From Eledone cirrhosa (taxonomy: Eukaryota): a stretch of 64,000 bases of DNA. Made by a program: the position numbers and the translations under genes. The notes beneath the pieces were generated by a model. It had not been told where the DNA came from. It saw only the letters and a list, made by a program, of their open reading frames with translations, and made no database searches. The stretch covers positions 64,232,001 to 64,296,000 of the forward strand of contig OZ024747.1 in NCBI GenBank assembly GCA_964016885.1, given 5' to 3'. Below are positions 54,423-64,000 of the stretch, one piece after another (the first letter of the stretch is position 1; each line of letters opens with the position of its first letter).

Positions 54423-57384
54423 CATATCCATTCACATTAATCACGAAATCGTTATTCTATTATGATATATTTTTTGGTACATTGAAATCAGCTGTATCCA
54501 GTTTTAAATTTAAATTGTTCAGCAGCTGAAAATAAATCAAATTAACTTTAATCCTAACTGTTTTGTGTTTTTAACGTAAAAGTATTTCTTTATTTTTTGT
54601 CTTGAACAAACCTCATATATTTTCATTTGATAAATTAAATTAAGTTTTTGCTTAAATTATCGTTTCTTTCTACGTTCATTAATTAATGTCTTCAACCATG
54701 TTTGGGTATTTTTGGCACCAGTGCAAAGTTTTATCTAGCGATTATCTACGAGAGCAACAGTTAGTCTTTTCCATATTGTGTTGATATTATGTATGCAAAT
54801 GTTCTATAACATTCCGTAATTAAGATAATTTTATATTTTATTTTCTCGTTCCTTAAATTCAAAATATGTAAACCTGTCATCATTATCATCAGCCTCATTT
54901 TTAGATTCATCATCATGATATTCAAAGTCATCATTAAATTTCCGAAGTCATCATCCTCACTTACACAATTATCATCCTAGTCTACACATAATTTTCACAT
55001 TCACCATCAACATTTTTACCAGTCATTGTTACGATTACCTATCACCGCCATTACGATTACCAATCATCATCAGCAGCAGCAGCACCATCCTCTCCTATAA
55101 TTATCTTTGTAGTCATCATTCCCGTTGACTTCCCCCTCTTCTCCCTCGCAACATTATCCACATCCACAAACAGCACTACCATTATCTTCAACATCATCTA
55201 CCGCAACATCACACTATTATGATCATCATCATCAGCATCAACATCAACTTCCACATCATCATCAGATGCAATATTTCCAGAAACAGCAACAACAGCTGTT
55301 GTTTATTTTGACAAGTATTTCATGCCTCCTTGAAAGACAGGAAATAAAAAAATTAAAAAATACTGAAGTCCTGCGGCAATCCTCTTTGCAAGATATAATT
55401 CCACAAAAGGCATTGAATAGAATGAAGAAATAAATCTATTTTTGTTTATTGCCTAGCTACAATATCACAGACGAACAAATATAAGGTGACGTTAGTGCAT
55501 AATATAAGACAAAGTAAAAAATAATCTAAAAATAAAATGGAAAAGAACAATACAACAAATAACTGAACAAGAATATTCTTTATTTTACGTATTCCAATCA
55601 TCAGAATGAGACCTAGATGGAGCATCATATTGATTTATTCAATCATAACAACCCAGCGTTTTACGTTTATAAACCTGCTACTTTATCCGTCTCCGTTTGT
55701 TCTGTCAAACTGCTATGTCACAAGACACATTCACACACATACACACATGCGTATATATGAAGGGCGTCTACAGTTTCCGTTTATCAGATTGCCCTTATAA
55801 GGCATTGGTCAAAACGTGCCTACACTAGAAGTCAATTTGTCAAGTTGTGACGCAGCCTGAAACGACGTACTTGTCCAGTGAAATCCTTACCTACACAACC
55901 ATGCCTGTGTGTAATATTAAGTTATTCTGAAATCTTACTTAAGTGTTACGGAATGTTAAGTACGTAGAATGGACTTTCATGTAATGATGGAAATGGTTAT
56001 TAGGATCTGGGGGTAAACTAAATTAAACGAGGCTGAGGATGGGAATCAGCGTAGTGAGAAACTGAATCAGCGACATTGAGAAACTGAAAACAAATTAGAG
56101 AAACGCCGTCCAGGTACCATTTCTTCCACTCTTTACATACATGATACAAGGGAGGATGGTGGAGTAGCAGAATTGTTAGAACATCGAACAAAATGCCTTG
56201 TGGTATTTGCTACGATCCTTTCCTCTCTTAGTCCAAACGCCACAAATATTGATTTTGACCTTCGTGCTTCCAGGGTTCAGAAAATAAACAACTTACCGTA
56301 TACCTGGGCCGATATAATCGACCGTTGTTTTCTCCTGAATTTGAGGCATTGTAAATAATCGATACAGTGAACATAGTGTATTTCGCAATTACAGGACTAA
56401 AAAGTATGTAAGAAACTAAATGAAGAGAACTTTATATATAGAATGCAGTGTGGAAGGGGTAAATATAACAAATGAAAGAAATATGGGAAATAGCTGTGCC
56501 ATATATTGAGTTAACCTTTACTAGAGTATTCTTCAGAGGATATTATGCAGAAGCAGCTCATATATCGTAGCCCGATTGTACAGGTATTGCATATAAATCA
56601 CATTCGCAACGTGGGAAGTATCAGCCGTGTAAAATATGAATGTGCAGCCAATGGGCTTCCACACAGTTTACATCTTCCAAACTTCCTTCCAAAGTCTAAG
56701 GTAGATTACAATCGATAATAATGGTGATGTTGCTCTACTTCCCCCATACATTCCTATTACTACTGATGAACACACAAAATATATAAAACATTTGACCTAT
56801 ATTATATATCAGAGACTAGATATAAAAATATTTAAGTGATTAAATACAAAACAAATGTAGATTATCATGGATTAAATTCAGTCAATAAACGAACATAATT
56901 ATCTCTTAATTACCTACTAGCAAATAAAATTAAATTAAAAGCAAAGTATTTTATACTTCGTGATTTTATTTTTGCCGCAGTCTTGTATATGGTTCTTCTC
57001 GGATGTACATTGTTATTTTTATAGATTGTTTGAATCGCTAGCAACTCATAATTAAGTATACGACTTTGGAAATATGTTATGGCGGATATGGCCTGAGGAA
57101 CTATTTCAATAGCATCACTATCATAGTCATACTCTCTACCAACAACATCAGTATCATCGTCATCATTATTATAATCATCAATATAGTCCATTTTGTCTCT
57201 ATTTTCGCTTTCCTACTCCCTCCTGTTTTCTCTTGTTTTCCTTTTATTCTACGCTTCAGCCCCCCCCCCCCCCCCCCCCACACACACACTCCTACTCTCT
57301 CCTCATCCAGAAATTCAACGTAGCAATTCTAGAAGTGGTAGTATAGCTTCACCTGCAATTGACTTGAGACTTACACATTCTGGA

Positions 57385-57709
57385 GAGAAAGGAGAGAGTG
57401 AAAACAAGAAAGAAGGAGAGAAAGAAAGAGAGAGAGAGAAAGAGAGAGAGAGAAAAAGAAAGAGAGAGAGAGATAGAGAGAAAGAGAGAGATAGAGAGAG
57501 AGAGAGCCACTGAGAGAGAGAGAGAGTGTGTGAAACACTGAAAGGGAGAGAGAGAGAGAGAGAGAGAGAGTGAAAGTGAAACACTGAAAGAGAGAGAGAG
57601 AGAGAGACAAAGCCACTGAGAGAGAGTGTGTAACACTGAAAAAGAGAGAGAGAAAGAGTAGAGAGAGAGAGTAGACAGAGACACTGAGAGACATAGAGAG
57701 AGAAACACT

Positions 57710-57779
<70 letters not shown>

Positions 57780-57792
57780 TAGAGAGAGAGAG
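57385..57792. repeat. (GA)n array punctuated by recurring CACTGA
   Basis: Directly visible. Confidence 0.9.
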
Positions 57793-58249
57793 CGGGATGG
57801 CCAGTAGGACTTGTTGCCAGGGGCAACTTTACAAGAGTAATTTGCATTCTGATTTTGAATATTTCCACGTCGAATGCAATGTTTCTTCATGGACATCATA
57901 TCCGCTAGAATTTTCTCGCAGCATTCACCACGCTCACTCCCCTTATTATACCCCGCCACCAGCATTAACATCCATTCTCATTGTCATTATTCTCGCTAAC
58001 ATCATTATTGTCATCTTCATTATTCTATCCAATCACAAGCAGTAGTAGACTAGAAATGTTATCCTATGTTTTGAACGAAAGCACAGATGGTATTTTAATG
58101 ACTTCGATATGCAGTATTTCTGCATTAATAAGCAGACAGCCAGAGATACACTGAAGCAGATTTACAGGTGTACATATACACAGAAATCAAGCTGTGGCCT
58201 TCGTTAGAGTCATATATTAGACACACACTCTCATACTTAAACTGACGCT

Positions 58250-58605
58250 CGATAATACGCCAATAAATATTGATTGATGGCACTCCGTCGGTTACGTCGA
58301 GGAGTGTTACAGTTGATACGATCAACGGAAAACCTGCTCCTGAAATTAACATGCAAGTGGCTGAGCATTCCTCAGACACGCGTACCCTTAATGTAGTTTT
58401 CAGGGAGATTCAGCGTGACACAGAATGTGACCAGGCTGGCCCTTCGAATTACAGGAATGAACTCATTTCTTTTTTTCAGCTGAGTGGACTGTAGCAACTT
58501 GAAATAAAGTGTCTTGCTTAAGGACACGACGCGCCGCCGGGAATCGAACTCACGACCTTACAATTGTGAGCCAAATACCCTAACTATCAAGCCATGCACC
58601 TTCAC
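58250..58605 (-). mobile_element. tRNA-derived SINE, second family
   Basis: gggaatcgaactc (B box, reverse) and gaaataaagtgtcttgcttaaggaca; matches 42082-42200. Confidence 0.7.
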
Positions 58606-58810
58606 CAATCAATATATATACATACATGCATACATACACATAACACATCTGCTTTAGATTATAGTCACAATTCCAATACGTACACACATATGCAGATATA
58701 TATATAAACATTTACAAACAGGCATACATACAGAGAGAAATCAAATTGTGTCTACATTATATTCAAGAAATGTGCGTGTAGTATCACTAAAAGCTTTCTC
58801 CGATAATGTA

Positions 58811-58889
<79 letters not shown>

Positions 58890-58890
<1 letters not shown>

Positions 58891-59175
58891 ATATTTATTC
58901 GAGTATGAGTTGGTTAATTACCGACACTTCAGTATGCAGGCTAGAGCACTCGGGGAAGTGTGGAGGTAGTGCTCCTTACTCCGGAGTATATTTAAAAACA
59001 AGAAGTGTAAGTCAACAGGTTAAAAGTAACATCGTTTATTCATATTCGCTGATATATATATTTCGGTGATAACCATTATGTAACACATGTTGCATTATGT
59101 AACACATGTTGCACCGAAATATATGTAACGTTAACTATGAATAAACGAAGTTAATATTAACCTGTTGACTCACAG
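58890..59175 (-). mobile_element. Fold-back PLE mini-insertion (family I-like)
   Basis: agtcaacaggttaa...tttcggtg mirrored by caccGAAAtatatGTA...ttaacctgttgact. Tail GAGTGCTC-tagcctgcatactgaagt resembles 24820. Confidence 0.7.
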
Positions 59176-59180
59176 AGGCT

Positions 59181-59231
<51 letters not shown>

Positions 59232-59888
59232 TCTTTATTAAGTTAAAGTATGAGGCTTGTTCCTTGGTTGAAGCTAACTTCACACAACACGTGTACACAA
59301 AAACAATTGTAGATAACATGACACAATCTTCAGTGGATCAGATACATGGAGGTTTTGGCTTAGTGCGAATAGAGCATTTGGGCTTTCTCATTCTTAGATT
59401 CCATTCCAAGTTCTGTGACTAACGCATGTATAGTGGAGTAGTTGACTGTTACTTTAATACTCTGGTGGATGGAGTTGGCCATATGCTTGATGCTCTCCAT
59501 TGTGTTAGTCTCTTATTGAGGTTCATAGTTACTCTCTTGTGCCTGGGAACAGAACCGACATCAACCAAGTATTAGTGGTAAAGTGTTCGGTCAATTAACA
59601 ACGCTGAGCACAACCGAACTGGTAAGTTGCCTTATGCTATCTGAACATGCACACCCACCCTACTATATATAGTTTTTTTTCTTTATATATATATATAATT
59701 TAATTACATAATAAAAAATACAATATAATTATTCCATTACCAAAGGTTTTAAGAAACTAGACCATCGTCCAGCCCGTTCATTGAAACATTTGGTAATGGA
59801 AAAATTATATTGTGTTGTTTATTATGTAATAGCTCTGTACTATACATAGAGCATTATTTTTTCCTCTACCTTTTCTACGGAAATACTT

Positions 59889-59947
<59 letters not shown>

Positions 59948-61319
59948 CGTAAATGACAATACTTCTTTTTCTTTCTCTTTTAGAATTCAACGAAAAGCGA
60001 AGGACATTGTCATTAAATATATAAAAGTAGATGCAACCAAATTTATGTAGTGGGTAGTTTGACATATATAGTAGAGTCACGAACGTCATATATCTATATA
60101 TAAATGTCACTGTGAAATATACACAGTTAATAATGTAATCTTAAAAAGTGACATACGGATCTATTGATGATTAAGCTTACATTTATCATATTATGTTGCT
60201 GTACTAGTGATTTCACTATTACTTCACGCAATTTACTTTAAGAGAAAGTCCCAGGATCGAGATGGATTTTTCTTTCACTGCCTACACCAGTTATGGAATG
60301 CACACACACACACATACTCTCTCTCGCATACAAACACACACACACACATATACACATATATATATATATATGAGTAAAATATTTGCGCATAAGTGTGCGT
60401 GGGTTTATGTGACTATATACAAATTGAGACTGAGAAAATAATCAAATTTATCGCTCGTACATGTAAATACATACATATATATATATATATAGATAGATAC
60501 ATATATATATATATATATGTATAAATAAATAAATAAATAAGTATATATATATATATAATTAGATAGAGAGGGGGAGAGAGAAAGAGAGCAACGAATACCT
60601 TTTGTGTGTAAATGTGTAGTATATTTCTAATTCATAAATCCATACACGAACACATACGTTAATTTAATACACCTACATAAATGCAATTGCACCCCCTTCT
60701 CTCATTTTATATATATATATATACATGTATGATTATATGGAATGCTTATGTGTAGCTACAGAGATCATTTAAAACTATTGTCAGTATTTATATAATGGAA
60801 ATATATTTTGATTAAATTAAGCTGATTAAATTAACTGAAAACATAGGAAAACTGAATAGTAGTAAATCCAAAATAATATAGCCTAATAGAATCAGCGAAA
60901 GAATTTGGAATTTCAAAAATAGTTTTTGAAAACATTTATTTCAGTAATACCTTGAGTAACGTTGCCTATGCTAATGCAATATTAAACAGAAAAAGAACAT
61001 ACTGTAAACTAAAAACAACTAAAAACAGAGAGAAATATAAGTGACGAATTGTTATTATTTCATTTTATTGTATAATAAATGTGGATAACAAATTCAAAAA
61101 CAATAACTTTCATGTCGGAAAAATAAGGTTTTTGAACAGAACTATTTCCATATATTTGTTTAATCAGCTAGAAATAGCAGCCATTTCTAAATATAGGGCG
61201 AGGAAGTCACAACCGGATCCCCTCTTAGTATATGCCAGACCAACGGGAGCTAAGTTAGCTGGGCGTAGACGCCAACGTGGGCAAAGGACGGAATATACAA
61301 CAGCAAACTATATTGGTAA

Positions 61320-61520
61320 ATTGGTTTCTGATTTAAGCAAAAGGCCACCGATTTGATGAAGGAGAAATTCAATTAAATCGACCCCATTACGTTACTGGTA
61401 CAATATTTTATCGAGCTCGTAAGTATGAAAGGCAAAGCAAACCCCGGAAGAATGAATTTAAACGCAGAAAAGGGGCCGTAAATCGTATATGTCGCAAAGC
61501 ATATTGTCTGACGCTCTACT
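61320..61520 (-). mobile_element. Diverged SINE
   Basis: SINE core in reverse. Confidence 0.65.
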
Positions 61521-61559
61521 GTTGTTATGTAGCTGTAATGGAGAGCTAGTTTTTGAGTA

Positions 61560-62345
61560 GGCCTGTCGATGACTAGGGAAAGCCTGTATGAGGTTACATA
61601 AAACGAATGCACAACAAGTGGAAGTAGAGACAACAGTTGAAAGTGACGGATCAAAGAATATATAACCAGATACGAATGATTTGAAAAAAAGGTTGGCTAA
61701 GAAAGGCCGACTTTAAAGAAATTAGTAGGAAAGATATGACTATAGGGGTCACAGTCGAGGATGAAGATTATGAGGCTTGTGAAATTCTGAAAGAGTCCAT
61801 GGAGAGTCTCCTAGAGAAGGGTGAAAGGATTGAAAAGAAAAAGATGTTTAATGGGTAATGTGAACCAAATATAGGAACTGAAGAATGTGGAGAGGACATC
61901 TTTGAAAAATTCGTCAAAAAGGGCAAACGAGGTACTGAAAGATATTAAAACAGAAAATATATTTCATACAAAATAATTCATTAGTGCTACAGTTTTGTTT
62001 GTTGCAATGAAAGTAGGAGTGCAAATCTATTGATTAGGAAATCAGATAAAGAACCATCGTAGAAGAGAAGAATTTGAAAATCAAGTAACGAATTCTGAAG
62101 GCATATTAACATTTTGTAACGTAAAAAAGCAAAAGGAAATAAAGAAGTATAAATGTCTTGAAATAGAAAAGGAGTATAATGTATAGAAGACAGGTATATA
62201 GTCATATTTGAGAAGTTGAAACTTATTGAAGGAGAGAAATATTTCTCTAAGCTTAATTTCGTTTTGAAAAGGAAAATGAAATGTCAATGAAGGCTTGATC
62301 GAAAAATAAAGTTTTTGGCTTCTCGGCTTTCAAGTGCTTTCCCGT
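61560..62345 (-). mobile_element. Possible old LINE remnant (RNase H-like)
   Basis: Strand-biased composition and an ILLFYDGS motif resembling RNase H YTDGS; heavily decayed. Confidence 0.3.
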
Positions 62346-63156
62346 TACCACAATTTTGTTCTAGGCTCCAGGCAGGAAATCTGCCAACAATAACACATTA
62401 CATGAGAGACTCATAGTTTTTCTGTGCAGTCTGGCATATCTAATAACAGCGATTAACACATCAAAAAGTAATAAAGGTTTGGAAGGATAACTGAGTTGGT
62501 AATGCTTGGGTAAATTATTAATTATTGCAGATACAATTGATGTATTATAAACGTCTATAGTAGTCGTTGTTATCATACCACGTTCAAACGAACAATAACA
62601 ACAATGGCTATATCAATAATAAACTGATTTTCGCCACCCATTATAGACTCCATCCTAGCCACTACACTCAATATAACGAAATATAGAATTAACATCAGAA
62701 CATACAATCTAAAGTTACTAACGATTGAATGTATACTTAGAATCTGATACAAAATATGGCGCATAAAAAACTCGACATAAAACTAGTAACTAGAATATAT
62801 ACCTATACTCGCCGAAAACGAGGACAATCGTAATAATAACAGTTTCGTATATCCAACTGAAAAGATATAAGTGAACATGAAACATGTTCCTAATGTATTT
62901 TTATATTTTACAATTATATTCTAGAAAGGAAACGAAACTAGGCTAATAAACAGGTATAAGGGCTGGTGGGAAAATAGCCCGGATCTAAATGTACCGCTTG
63001 ACTTTAAAGACGTGCTAACGTAAGAAAGGAAGGCGTGAAATGTCAAGCATAGAAAGAGATCAGGAAAAGGAAGGATACATCACGACATCATATGTAATGA
63101 AAGCAAAACACGAAAATATAAATCAAGAGTAATGAACGAAACCTAACAAATAATAT

Positions 63157-63185
<29 letters not shown>

Positions 63186-63189
<4 letters not shown>

Positions 63190-63412
63190 CAACTATGTCA
63201 GAGCCAAATTTCAGTTATATATATAAAATTGGAATTTGGCTCTGACATAGCTGTATACATACAAGTATGTGAATTTCATAATTTCATATGGTATTTTTTA
63301 TAAATAAAAATGTTGTTGAAAGCCGAGCTATGAATATTGAGAGGCTGACGGCTTGCGTCGTCTACCGATTTCCAGCAGAAGCTGACACCCGCTCAGCCAA
63401 TATTCATAGCTA
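63186..63412. mobile_element. Fold-back-rich mini-insertion with degenerate hammerhead-like fold
   Basis: Inverted repeat at 63186-63256 around (TA)n. Stem gctatgaatattg/caatattcatagc encloses GAAA-tcggt...agcc-GTC on -, but there is no CUGANGA. Confidence 0.45.
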
Positions 63413-63456
63413 AACATACCGTATATCTTTAGATATACGAGAGAGAGAGAGAAAGA

Positions 63457-63544
<88 letters not shown>

Positions 63545-64000
63545 TAAGTAGAGAGAGATCTAAAGGAGAACATCATTAAAACATTACGAAATTTAGATGA
63601 TACAATGTATTTTCTAAGGAAAAAGCTTTATCGATAAAATAGAACAAGAATGAAAATATACTTATTTATCAAAAGTACCTAAAGCAGCCAGAAATATCAA
63701 TATCACCAGGCTAAAGGAAATAATATATACAACAATCAGCATCTGTGTTTACAACACAATCTGTGTATTTACTCAGATTTTCTAATAAAAGAATATGAAA
63801 CATAAACAAACAACATTAAACATATACACAGTTAAACACAAATCAAAACCCAAAACTATAATGTTGGTTTAAATAGTTCGTTCTTCAGAAGGGTTTGTTT
63901 GGTTACTTTAATCTACTACTTCCCTCAATACAACGACTTTATAATATACCTGTTTGACCCATACTCCTAAAACACTACATGTAACGCAGCCGCTTTCAAT

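Overview
AT-rich, repeat-dense eukaryotic DNA with no confidently identifiable host gene. Most ORFs in the track are translations of (TA)n/(CA)n/(GA)n/(GGT)n microsatellites. The SINE set and microsatellite load look like an octopus/cephalopod genome (inference). Conventional content: about 17 tRNA-derived SINE copies, RTE- and Tx1/L1-type LINE remnants, mariner/hAT-type MITEs, and two decayed Penelope-like elements (PLEs) with Naiad-type GIY-YIG endonucleases (21389-23704, 31610-32490). The main signal is a dense population of small (60-750 bp) fold-back or inverted inserts in (TA)n tracts. They fall into about a dozen families (letters are my own labels) that share little primary sequence. 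Most carry all or the 3' half of a type I hammerhead ribozyme (CUGANGA...GAAA...NUH), usually with a palindromic stem III and often a long stem II, and many share a GAGNNCTC motif near the 3' end. I read them as PLE pseudo-LTR mini-insertions. In one family the fold-back axis sits reproducibly in hammerhead stem II, and several events duplicated neighbouring DNA in inverted orientation. Structures were folded by eye; long-feature coordinates are approximate.
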